A DNA stretch of 40,400 nt from Minisyncoccota bacterium (GTDB lineage: Bacteria > Patescibacteriota > Minisyncoccia > Phycocordibacterales > UBA918): assembly GCA_018062385.1 (NCBI GenBank), contig JAGOSI010000002.1, positions 1 through 40,400 of the forward strand. Reading direction: 5' to 3'. Position numbers and translations under genes: made by a program. Each line of letters starts with the position of its first letter. Within the stretch, counting starts at the first letter, position 1. A model generated the notes under the pieces. It had not been told where the DNA came from. It ran no database searches and was given only the letters and a program-made list of their open reading frames with translations. Shown one piece after another: positions 18,559 to 28,603 of this stretch.

Positions 18559-19166
18559 ATACGTAAAGAATCCTGATTTAATTCATTATAAAGTTGTTTC
18601 TTTCCGCGATGAATCAAAGTCCCGACCGAACCAATTGGAATCTTCAACACATCGGAAATTTCATCATATTCTAAATGTTCAAAATACCGCAAAGTTAAAA
18701 TTTGTCGATATTTTTCATCAAGTTTTGACAAAGCTTTATTAAGTTCTTCAGCATTCACATTTTGATCAAACGCCACATCAGGCGTTTCTTCCTTTGATCT
18801 AATCAAATTCAAAATTTCGGAACTGTCAGCTACCAAATGACCTTCAGGACGCACATTATGTTTCCGGTACCAACTAATGGCCTCATTGTGAGCAATACGA
18901 TAAACCCAGGCCGAAAAAGACATTTGCTTATCAAAACTGTTAAGATTTTTGTAAGCTTTAATAAAAATTTCCTGAAGCACATCCAGTTGATCTTCTTTAT
19001 TTTTTATCCCTAAACGCTCTATATATCGCCCAAGTTTCGCTTCGTAACGTTCAACAATAAAACCGAAAGAACTTCGCTCACGCAAAGTCATACCAACAAT
19101 CTCTTCATCTGATATATGTGGAACCGGATTTTTATCCATAATTGAATCCTTTGTATATGGTGACAT
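18555..19166 (-). CDS. ECF-type sigma-70 family RNA polymerase sigma factor
   Basis: Region 2 (LQEIFIKAYKNLNSFDKQMSFSAWVYRIAHNEAISWYRK) and region 4 (YRQILTLRYFEHLEYDEISDVLKIPIGSVGTLIHRGKKQL). Confidence 0.85.
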   Translation of the reverse strand: MSPYTKDSIMDKNPVPHISDEEIVGMTLRERSSFGFIVERYEAKLGRYIERLGIKNKEDQLDVLQEIFIKAYKNLNSFDKQMSFSAWVYRIAHNEAISWYRKHNVRPEGHLVADSSEILNLIRSKEETPDVAFDQNVNAEELNKALSKLDEKYRQILTLRYFEHLEYDEISDVLKIPIGSVGTLIHRGKKQLYNELNQDSLRI

Positions 19167-19236
19167 AAATACACGAAAAGGTGAAATTATTAGTTAGATC
19201 TTGCATTTTTACCTAATTTATTGCATAGTGTGGGTA

Positions 19237-19947
19237 ATGACTTCAGGTGTACGAATAAATAAATATTTAGCTGACCAAAAAATCGCTTCGAGACGAGAAG
19301 CTGATACTTTGATTAGTAAAAAAAAGGTTTTGGTTAATGGCAAGATTGCTGTCTTAGGACAAATGATTGAGGCCGGTGATAAAGTAGAATTGACTGAGAA
19401 AACCAAAAAGAATCTTTATTTAGCATACTACAAAGGTCGGGGCGTTATTAGTCACTCACCGAACGAACACGAGATTGATATTGCCACTCGTCTTAAACAA
19501 GACTACGGCCTAACCAATCTCTCCCCCATTGGCCGTTTAGACAAAGCTTCTGAAGGATTGATCATTATCACCAATGACGGACGCCTAACCGGCCCCTTAC
19601 TTGACCCAGAAGCCAGTCACGAAAAAGAATATGACGTGACAGTAGACAAAAACATCACTCCCAGTTTTGCTAAGATTATGACTTTAGGGGTAAATATAGA
19701 AGGCTATCAAACTAAACCAACTCAAGTTAAAACTAATTCAAGCAATGACAAGCGTTTTCGACTAACCTTGACTGAAGGCAAGAAACACCAAATTCGTCGC
19801 ATGTGCGCGGCTTTGGGCTACCAAGTACAAAACTTGAAGCGGGTGCGTATTATGAATATTGAACTTGGTAATTTAAAACCAAACCAGTATCGAAAGATTG
19901 TGGGCGAGGAATTGGATACGCTACTAAAGAGTTTGGGATTGAGGTAA
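19237..19947 (+). CDS. rluF: RsuA-family 23S/16S rRNA pseudouridine synthase, RluF-like
   Basis: S4 domain (RINKYLADQKIASRREADTLI..VLVNGK). Catalytic GRLDKASEGLIIITNDG. HEKEYDVTVDK and KKHQIRRMCAALGY..RVRIMNIELG parallel E. coli RluF. ATG 19237 is preferred over TTG 19201. Confidence 0.8.
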   Translation: MTSGVRINKYLADQKIASRREADTLISKKKVLVNGKIAVLGQMIEAGDKVELTEKTKKNLYLAYYKGRGVISHSPNEHEIDIATRLKQDYGLTNLSPIGRLDKASEGLIIITNDGRLTGPLLDPEASHEKEYDVTVDKNITPSFAKIMTLGVNIEGYQTKPTQVKTNSSNDKRFRLTLTEGKKHQIRRMCAALGYQVQNLKRVRIMNIELGNLKPNQYRKIVGEELDTLLKSLGLR

Positions 19948-19966
19948 TTTTAGAGAAAAAATAAAT

Positions 19967-20001
19967 AAAAGCGGGCGGGACCGAAGGTCCCGCCCGCTTT
20001 T
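19967..20001. terminator. Bidirectional rho-independent terminator between convergent rluF-like and typA
   Basis: aaaagcgggcgggacc-gaag-gtcccgcccgctttt, a GC-rich stem flanked by an A-run and a T-run. Confidence 0.9.
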
Positions 20002-20018
20002 ATTTATTTTTTCATCAA

Positions 20019-21803
<1,785 letters not shown>

Positions 21804-21926
21804 AAAACTTTTTAAAAATTATAAAAATTAAACACTCATTTAACCCATCCAAAAGACGAGAAAGGCACACATGCTAAAAGCGAGCGCCCAAAAGTGTCAC
21901 TAGAATACAGATAAAAAGGGGTTTTG

Positions 21927-22178
21927 TCAAAGAAATAAGCGTTGTTTTTCGGATCGGGAGAGTTTTTTTATCTCCGCTTCGCGTTTACTGGATTCGGATC
22001 GATTTTTATAAATTTCTTGATAAACCAAGCGCACCGGACGGCGGATTTTGGTATATTTAGCACCCACTCTAGTCTGATTATGTTCCTCTAGTCGTCTTAT
22101 TAAATCAGTTGTGATACCAGTATAAAGAGTACTGTCAGCACATTTTAATATATAAACGTACCAAACTTGGGCTTTCAT
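21927..22178 (-). CDS. Stand-alone GIY-YIG nuclease-domain protein (YhbQ/UPF0213-like)
   Basis: VYILKCADSTLYTGITTDLIRRLEEHN..GAKYT..RPVRLVY..SESSKREAEIKKLSRSEKQ. ATG 22178 is preferred over TTG 22211. Confidence 0.75.
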   Translation of the reverse strand: MKAQVWYVYILKCADSTLYTGITTDLIRRLEEHNQTRVGAKYTKIRRPVRLVYQEIYKNRSESSKREAEIKKLSRSEKQRLFL

Positions 22179-22247
22179 AATTTTCCCAAAAAAGCCTGAT
22201 TGGCATACCAAGCAAAAACTGCTACAAAAGCTACGATTATCAAAAAT

Positions 22248-22910
22248 TTAAGCATGACTGATTCCTTTAATCTTATTACGTTGTCGCCAAGTAAAGTAGA
22301 AAGCTAAAATAGTTATTGTTATACCTATTGGATAATACACATAGCTAGATCCCAACATCGAAAAAGTTGAACCATTGAAGAAAGTTTGGAAAGTATAGAT
22401 ATCAGAAAGAGTAGCTAAGTATCCTTTGTTTACTGACTGATCGCCGATTACCAATACATACTTTCCATAATTCTCTGGAGTACTAACTTCCACTCGATAA
22501 ATCCCCGTCTTGAGCTCCGCTACAAAAACTTCACTTTTGTTAAAAGCTAACCCCAAAACTGAGTCCTCAACCACCTGCCAATCGGTATTACTGCCATTTA
22601 ATCGACCGACCTCTGAAACACCACCTCGATCTTCATTTTGTCTTACTACAATTAGAGATAACGGAACGATAGTATCAGAATCTAATTGCATTAAAGCCAT
22701 TTTTAGATTGGTTGCTTCACCGACTGCAAATTCATACATATGTGGCTCGCCTTTTAGTTCACCAAGATGCTCAGTTTGAACATTTATTTCACTGATGGTT
22801 TTTACTTCGTAAGGGACCGTTACTTCATTTAGTAATGGATTATAGGCCAAGGTTAGAGCCGGTAGCGTTAAAATGACAAAAGAAAAAATAGTAAATAGAA
22901 GTTGGGGCAT
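22248..22910 (-). CDS. Secreted protein with C-terminal TM anchor, unknown function
   Basis: Signal peptide (FSFVILTLPALTLA), beta-rich ectodomain, C-terminal TM (YYPIGITITILAFYFTW) followed by basic residues. Confidence 0.6.
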   Translation of the reverse strand: MPQLLFTIFSFVILTLPALTLAYNPLLNEVTVPYEVKTISEINVQTEHLGELKGEPHMYEFAVGEATNLKMALMQLDSDTIVPLSLIVVRQNEDRGGVSEVGRLNGSNTDWQVVEDSVLGLAFNKSEVFVAELKTGIYRVEVSTPENYGKYVLVIGDQSVNKGYLATLSDIYTFQTFFNGSTFSMLGSSYVYYPIGITITILAFYFTWRQRNKIKGISHA

Positions 22911-22931
22911 GATAATTTAATCATAACAAAT

Positions 22932-22962
22932 AAACGGTGCGCCCCAAAGGGGCGCACCGTTT
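22932..22962 (-). terminator. Rho-independent terminator after 23003-23371
   Basis: aaacggtgcgcccc-aaa-ggggcgcaccgttt with T-rich sequence on both strands. It ends only ~20 nt before the next start codon (22910). Confidence 0.7.
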
Positions 22963-23002
22963 ATTTTTTTAATAGACTAAATGGCAAAATATTTATTAAC
23001 GA

Positions 23003-23371
23003 CTATTTTACCATTCCCACCTCGTCTAGTATCGCCTGAACAGTTTCATGGTCGTTAGACTGTCTGGCGACCCTAAGAGCGTCGCGTTGCTCATCGGTCA
23101 ATTCAAGCCAATGATGAGACTTGTAATGAGTACGATGAGATATTTTTCGCAACGTATTGAGTTTTTTTTCATCAACTCCAGCATCCAGAAGCACATCTCG
23201 TGCCTTTTCAACTTCACCTTTAGCCCTTAATTCCCTAGCTTCCGAAAAAGCTTCAATTTGATTAGTGGTAAAGCCAGCCCGACTCAATTGTCCTATTCCT
23301 ACGTGAGCCTGCACACCAGTGGCCGTCACCGCAAAGGCTGCTACAGCAATCAACAATGATTTTGATTTCAT
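23003..23371 (-). CDS. Small secreted helical protein, unknown function
   Basis: Signal peptide MKSKSLLIAVAAFAVTATGVQA, then a charged helical sequence. No family recognised. Confidence 0.6.
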   Translation of the reverse strand: MKSKSLLIAVAAFAVTATGVQAHVGIGQLSRAGFTTNQIEAFSEARELRAKGEVEKARDVLLDAGVDEKKLNTLRKISHRTHYKSHHWLELTDEQRDALRVARQSNDHETVQAILDEVGMVK

Positions 23372-23463
23372 AGTTTATCCAATTCTAATTTAAGTAAAAA
23401 CTTAGATATGTGAAGCGTCCTCCACCCTTTTTACTACGGTAAAGTACTTTGGATATTTCATCA

Positions 23464-23970
23464 CTATAAAGTTTCAAAATAATTCCAGAGTTTGGCAAGA
23501 CTCAGCCAAGCCTGACTATTAAAATCAACATTAGTACCACAAGTGTCTAATTCGTACTTTTCACCATCTTTAGTAATGACAAAATTATAATCGGTACCAC
23601 CTTCGTCAGAAGCACAATTGGTTATTGAATTAGTTTTAGATTGTTTAGTTAAGGTTTTACTCTCAAGATTTTTCATTAGTTCGCTACGAAGATCGAGACT
23701 GATCACTCCATTTTTAGCCACCTCACCCACTCTAGATTCAGAGGAAACCATACGATAAGAACCATCAGCCAATAATTGAAAAGACATACAACCTTTCATT
23801 TCGCAACTTCCATAAGCTTGCCCCTCAACTACAAAATCCTCATAAAAATCTTTTTCTGGAACACTTCCCCCAAATTCAAAGGAGAAACCAGTAAAATAAA
23901 AATATACTCCCGCCACAACCCCCACACTAAAAGTGAGAGCCATACTAATTTTGTCCTGATGAGTAATCAT
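23464..23970 (-). CDS. Membrane-anchored Cys-containing protein, unknown function
   Basis: N-terminal TM (ALTFSVGVVAGVYFYFTGF), then a soluble domain with six Cys. Confidence 0.55.
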   Translation of the reverse strand: MITHQDKISMALTFSVGVVAGVYFYFTGFSFEFGGSVPEKDFYEDFVVEGQAYGSCEMKGCMSFQLLADGSYRMVSSESRVGEVAKNGVISLDLRSELMKNLESKTLTKQSKTNSITNCASDEGGTDYNFVITKDGEKYELDTCGTNVDFNSQAWLSLAKLWNYFETL

Positions 23971-24099
23971 TGTCTAAAATTATAGCACTAGATATCACCC
24001 CTCCACTCTTGCACATTCCCCCAAACCACAGTACTCTGCCTTCGGACTTACGACATTCTGTCTAAGTTCTTTTTCAATTAAATAAAGAAGGAGGTTATT

Positions 24100-26922
24100 A
24101 TGGCAACAACGGTTGCTTTCGGTAGTAATCTAGTGGTTGATGAAGGAGGTGGAAACGTCTATCTTGTCGTTAATCGTACAGGAGATTTGACTGGTACTAC
24201 TTTAGTGGTGGTCGATGAAGATTGGTCAAGAAGTTCAGCAGAGACTGACGATGTTATCTTTAACCCGTATGTAGCTGGGGCGAGTATAGTTTACCTACCT
24301 GACACACGTCAAGTATTGTTGAAGTTTAATCCAGGAGTAAAAACTCTAAAGATTCCATACAGTATCAGTAATGATATTGTGAGTGAATTGTCGGAGAGAT
24401 TGTATTTCTCGTTGTCTTATATTACTCCAGTTATAATCGGAGATGATGATGCGAATATCAAAATCAACGCGAGTGATCCAGTCTTAAGTATTCATGGATT
24501 GTGGGTAGATGAAGGCCAGACTACAAATTCATATATTGAACTTAGTCATGCGGTTAATTTTGCAGTGACGGTGAAAGTCTCAACCTACTTCGGTACCTAC
24601 AAACAAGCAAATTACTTAGGTGAGGGTAAAGACTATAAAGGTTTGGTAGATCAATTGGTAACCATACCAGCTGGTCAAACCAAGGCTTATGTACCATTTC
24701 TCACTTATCAAAATGATGATCCAAATGACTGGAAGTATGAGTCAACGGAAATCAGGATTGAAGCAACTTCTATTCCAAACGGAGTATTGGCTGGACAAAT
24801 AAGTGATGTGGTGACTATCATAGATGTGGCAACACCGCCTCCACCACCCACTCTACCAATTCTCACCCTCTACGATGGTGGTTTAGCATTTGAAAATGAG
24901 TCTACTCACTCTTATGCCGAGCTTAGTGATCCAGTAGACCATGATGTTACCTTTAAGGTTAGTACGTATTTCGGTACGTATCAACAAGCTAATTATCTTG
25001 GTGAAGCTGGTGACTATGATGGTTTGATAGATAAATTATTTACCATTCAAGCAGGTCAGACAAGGGTGGATATTCCTGTACAAATAAATCAAAACCCTGA
25101 TCCAGAGGATTGGGAATATGAAGCGTTTGAACTGCGTATCGAAGCCCCAACTGTATTTGGTGCAACACTAGGTGTGGGCAGTGTCATCATTAATATCAAA
25201 GATGTATCAACTTGGGTAGAGCCGCCACCACCAACTGTGACACCACTAACAGCAACAATGTTGGAAAGTCACAAACAAGCTTTTCTCAATCTCGAATCTG
25301 AGGTGGGGACGAGTTCGGCAGTAGCAATTATTGCTGGCAATAAGGAATTATCTAATGTTGGTAAAACTTTAGATGTTTTCGGTCTATTATCAAGTGGTGT
25401 CAAAAACGCCATCACTTGGTTTGCTGGTAGTTCAGCTTATGCAAATCAGGAAGAATTACCGCTATTTACTCTAACTCAAAAGCAAATCAATATTGGTTTG
25501 CGTTTGCAGTCTAGGGTAGATTCTGATCAAGTGGCTACCGATCCAATTGACTGGACTACAGAGGAAGTAAATGACACTGATGGTTTAGGGTTGAGAGTTG
25601 GTGATTATGTTGATGGTAGGGTAGTTATTGCTCAGCCTTTGATTTCACTTTCTTATGCTGATCATGATTGGTATGTATCACAAGGTATGAGTGATGGAAC
25701 TGGAGATATGATTAGTCATTTTACTAAGAATATTATTAATCATCTTGGGGAAAAATCTGTTGGTATTGCTGAGGTGGCTATCGATTATTCTTTGAGAGAT
25801 AAATGGTTAGCAGAATCAGGGACAGAGACATATTTCTATGCTCAAGCTCCAGGAAAAATTATTTCAATTGCAGATAATACGACCGGAGAGGGCCCAGGAA
25901 GTTTTGGTAACTCTATTACTATCCTGTTGGATAAACCAGCTAAGATAAATGGTGGGGATTATCAAGTGTATGTTACTTACGCTCATGCTAAAGCTGGATC
26001 CATTATTTCTACAACGGGTCCAGATTCAGTAGGTGATCATGTTGATGTTGGTACACCACTTGGTATTGTGGGAAATAGTGGTTTTGCTATTGGGAAGCAT
26101 ATACATGCGACCTATGCAACTGGCTACTATGAACCAGATGGATATAAAATTGCTAGTAATGTTGGTAATATATCAAAATCTGATCCTCTTGATTCACCTC
26201 GAGAAGGTGGTGTTTCCATATCACCTGTATACATCATCGGCTTCAATCCAAGCCAAAATGGTTTTCCATCTGGTCCAAATCCAAATGTAGAACCATCGCA
26301 ACTTGGATATAAACCTTTCGGTGCCAGTGGTAATTTTATAGTTCCAGATAATGTAATTATGGGAACTGATGGTAAAGATTACTTTTCTGGTACTGATAGT
26401 GATACTGTCTATTACGGTGGTGACCATTATGATGATCAGATTGATTATGTCGGTATTGGGTCATGGCGAAGCAATTTTGCTGTTACTCAAAACCCCGATA
26501 GCTCAATCAATCTCGACAGTGCCAAATTCGGTTTTGACATCCTAAAAGACGTCGAAGGGGTTTGGTTTGAAGGAGAATGGAAATGGTACACCAAAGCTGA
26601 TCTCCTAAAACCTTTAAATACCAATGTTGTCTTAGGGAAAGAAACCGGTGATGTTCTCTATGGTTCTTCAGACATAGATATGTTTGCTGGTGGAGCTGGT
26701 AATGATCATTTTGTCGGCAGTATTGGCAATGATGTATACAACGGTGGTGATGGTGATGACACGGTAGAATATTATGGCGCCTATGCTTCTCGTGATAATT
26801 TTGTCTTCACACAAAATCCCAATGGCACCATTACAGCCAAGAGTGATTATTTTGGCACTGAAACCTATGTCAGTATTCAAGGTGTATGGTTTGATGGTAG
26901 TCAAGAGTGGCTTTCTTTGTAG
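24100..26922 (+). CDS. Large multidomain protein: three Calx-beta-like domains, M23/LytM-like peptidase domain, two RTX-like Ca-binding modules
   Basis: Strong RBS aaggagg at 24088-24094. Calx-beta-like repeats at about aa 1-123, 126-243 and 252-369, separated by PPPPPT/PPPPT linkers. M23-like block YAHAKAG..VGDHVDVGTPLGIVGNSGFAIGKHIHATY. RTX-like repeats GTDGKDYFSGTDSDTVYYGGD and FAGGAGNDHFVGSIGNDVYNGGDGDD. No N-terminal signal peptide. Confidence 0.8.
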   Translation: MATTVAFGSNLVVDEGGGNVYLVVNRTGDLTGTTLVVVDEDWSRSSAETDDVIFNPYVAGASIVYLPDTRQVLLKFNPGVKTLKIPYSISNDIVSELSERLYFSLSYITPVIIGDDDANIKINASDPVLSIHGLWVDEGQTTNSYIELSHAVNFAVTVKVSTYFGTYKQANYLGEGKDYKGLVDQLVTIPAGQTKAYVPFLTYQNDDPNDWKYESTEIRIEATSIPNGVLAGQISDVVTIIDVATPPPPPTLPILTLYDGGLAFENESTHSYAELSDPVDHDVTFKVSTYFGTYQQANYLGEAGDYDGLIDKLFTIQAGQTRVDIPVQINQNPDPEDWEYEAFELRIEAPTVFGATLGVGSVIINIKDVSTWVEPPPPTVTPLTATMLESHKQAFLNLESEVGTSSAVAIIAGNKELSNVGKTLDVFGLLSSGVKNAITWFAGSSAYANQEELPLFTLTQKQINIGLRLQSRVDSDQVATDPIDWTTEEVNDTDGLGLRVGDYVDGRVVIAQPLISLSYADHDWYVSQGMSDGTGDMISHFTKNIINHLGEKSVGIAEVAIDYSLRDKWLAESGTETYFYAQAPGKIISIADNTTGEGPGSFGNSITILLDKPAKINGGDYQVYVTYAHAKAGSIISTTGPDSVGDHVDVGTPLGIVGNSGFAIGKHIHATYATGYYEPDGYKIASNVGNISKSDPLDSPREGGVSISPVYIIGFNPSQNGFPSGPNPNVEPSQLGYKPFGASGNFIVPDNVIMGTDGKDYFSGTDSDTVYYGGDHYDDQIDYVGIGSWRSNFAVTQNPDSSINLDSAKFGFDILKDVEGVWFEGEWKWYTKADLLKPLNTNVVLGKETGDVLYGSSDIDMFAGGAGNDHFVGSIGNDVYNGGDGDDTVEYYGAYASRDNFVFTQNPNGTITAKSDYFGTETYVSIQGVWFDGSQEWLSL

Positions 26923-27140
26923 TTTAATTTAGTAGTCCTTTTTTGGTTCTTTAAAACCCTAAATCACAATGTGATTTAGGGTTTTCTTTTTACTTATTCT
27001 GTGGTACGGTACGTTTTATGAAAAAGACATTATTTATAACTATATTATTACTACTAACTGCCATAGTGGTCGGACTAGTGATTTTAAATGATAAAAAAGT
27101 ATCGGTTGAGCCAATAGTTAATAATGTTGCGACCACTACT
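26613..27140 (+). repeat. Copy A of ~530-bp mosaic direct repeat (resident cassette)
   Basis: Colinear with 28073-28603 at a constant offset of 1460 bp. 26613-26690 is 78/78 identical. The middle ~200 bp is diverged. 26895-27050 has about 7 mismatches in 156 bp. Confidence 0.9.
26953..26985 (+). terminator. Rho-independent terminator after the large gene
   Basis: aaaaccctaaatcac-aat-gtgatttagggtttt followed by ctttttt. Confidence 0.8.
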
Positions 27141-28055
27141 GAAGGTCTGTCTTTTAAAACTGGTCAAAAAATGATTTTTGTAGAGAATGTTGCGACCACT
27201 ACTGAAGGTCTGTCTTTTAAAACTGGTCAAAAAATGATTTTTGTAGATGATGAAAATGACTCAAGATGTCATGATAAAGATGGTTTTCCGGCTCTAGCTT
27301 TTTTACCAAAAACGGATAGTGTTTTTATTTTTTCTAATTTTGAGACCAGACTTAAAGAATATCCAATATTGAATATTGATGACACTACATTTTTGGTTTG
27401 TTCAAACAGTGAAACAAATAATTATAAAGTAGGGATACTTTACTCCAATAATTATTCAATAGTAGTTGTAAACAACGGTCATCTTACCGTGTTAGTAGAA
27501 GATATTATAGTTGAGTTAAATAAGCAGGGTTTTAATATTACAGAAAATCCAGATGATATTATTTTTAATCCAATGTATTTTTCTAGTAAAAATAATTCAA
27601 TAATTATTGGTAAAAATAGGTATGGAGTTGGTGGGTCATCTTCTAATCCGTTGTATTCTTATTCTTTGGAGACAGGCTCTTTCACGGAGCTTGCGATTTC
27701 AAAATATCATCATGATATGAATGGAATACTAACAAACCCGAACTCACCTTATTCGGTTGAGAGTGGAAAAATTTTAGTTTTACTTAACTTCGAAACTGAT
27801 ACATATAGAGTTATTTATGAGGCACTACCGAACGAAACTTTGACCTCAGAATGTGATATTGGTTGCAAGGTGGAAAATAAATGGTTGAGCGATGACGTTT
27901 TACTTTTCTATGTTTATTATTTTGATAAAAAAGAATATCAAAAAACGGGATATCGAGTAGAGCAATATAGTCTAAAACAGAAAAGAATATTAGATAAAAG
28001 TGAATGGATTGGTAGTGACGAAGACTATGTTAGTAAAGTCACTTTTTTTGATTAG
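27018..28055 (+). CDS. Signal-anchored extracytoplasmic protein, unknown function (cassette partner A)
   Basis: MKKTLFITILLLLTAIVVGLVIL signal anchor. By eye the body is more AT-rich than its neighbours. Contains a 21-aa perfect tandem duplication. No family recognised. Confidence 0.7.
   Translation: MKKTLFITILLLLTAIVVGLVILNDKKVSVEPIVNNVATTTEGLSFKTGQKMIFVENVATTTEGLSFKTGQKMIFVDDENDSRCHDKDGFPALAFLPKTDSVFIFSNFETRLKEYPILNIDDTTFLVCSNSETNNYKVGILYSNNYSIVVVNNGHLTVLVEDIIVELNKQGFNITENPDDIIFNPMYFSSKNNSIIIGKNRYGVGGSSSNPLYSYSLETGSFTELAISKYHHDMNGILTNPNSPYSVESGKILVLLNFETDTYRVIYEALPNETLTSECDIGCKVENKWLSDDVLLFYVYYFDKKEYQKTGYRVEQYSLKQKRILDKSEWIGSDEDYVSKVTFFD
27123..27248 (+). repeat. 63-bp tandem duplication (2 units, 62/63 identical), in frame
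   Basis: aatgttgcgaccactactgaaggtctgtcttttaaaactggtcaaaaaatgatttttgtaga[g/t] occurs twice (27123-27185 and 27186-27248). It encodes NVATTTEGLSFKTGQKMIFV(E/D) twice. Confidence 0.95.
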
Positions 28056-28058
28056 TAG

Positions 28059-28382
28059 TTTGTATGTAGAGATTTAAATACCAATGTTGTCTTAGGGAAA
28101 GAAACCGGTGATGTTCTCTATGGTTCTTCAGACATAGATATGTTTGCTGGCGGTGCTGGTAATGATCATTTTGTCGGTAGTATTGGCAATGACACCTATA
28201 ACGGTGGTGGTGACTATGATACGGTAGAATATTACGGTACTGAAGCCTCGCGTAATAATTTTACTTTTACCTATAATGCAAACGGTTCTATTATTGCAGA
28301 AAGTGATCAGTTCGGAACTGAAATATATGTTGGTATCGAAGGAGTTTGGTTTGGTGGTAGTCAAGAATGGCTTTCTTTGTAG
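28059..28382 (+). pseudogene. Promoterless, 5'-truncated orphan copy of the C-terminal RTX module of the 24100-26922 gene
   Basis: The frame opens directly after TAG 28056-28058. Homology starts at 28073, equivalent to L839 of the large protein. It encodes LNTNVVLGKETGDVLYGSSDIDMFAGGAGNDHFVGSIGNDTYNGGGDYDTVEYYG..GVWFGGSQEWLSL. There is no RBS or start other than the internal Met codon at 28140. Confidence 0.75.
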
Positions 28383-28603
28383 TTTAATTTAGTAGTTCTT
28401 TTTTGGTTCTTTAAAACCCTAAATCACAATGTGATTTAGGGTTTTCTTTTTGTTTGTTGTGTGGTACGGTACGTTTTATGAAAAAGACATTATTTATAAC
28501 TATATTACTATTACTTGCCATTATTGTGGTCGGTTTAGTAATTTGGAGTGACAAACAGTCAGTCATTGAACCTGTGGTTGATACTAATGTGGCTACTACA
28601 AGT
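28073..28603 (+). repeat. Copy B of ~530-bp mosaic direct repeat (orphan cassette)
   Basis: See copy A. Covers the orphan RTX module, the duplicated terminator and the first ~40 codons of the next gene. Confidence 0.9.
28413..28445 (+). terminator. Duplicate of the 26953-26985 terminator
   Basis: Identical hairpin sequence, 1460 bp downstream of copy A. Confidence 0.8.

Noticed and set aside
23971-24099. C-rich leader upstream of the large gene as a possible structured ncRNA
   Set aside because: Only a weak gcc-ttcg-g.c stem is visible and no convincing helices. It is probably just promoter and 5' UTR sequence.
26668-26904. Minus-strand ORFs 26668-26904 and 28128-28364, which look like a conserved paralog pair
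   Set aside because: Their similarity only reflects the plus-strand 1460-bp-offset repeat. They are antisense shadows of the RTX modules, which lack stop codons on the opposite strand.
26613-28603. Diversity-generating retroelement (template/variable repeat pair)
   Set aside because: No reverse transcriptase gene is in the window. Mismatches are not restricted to adenines. The repeat also spans a stop codon, a terminator and the start of another gene.
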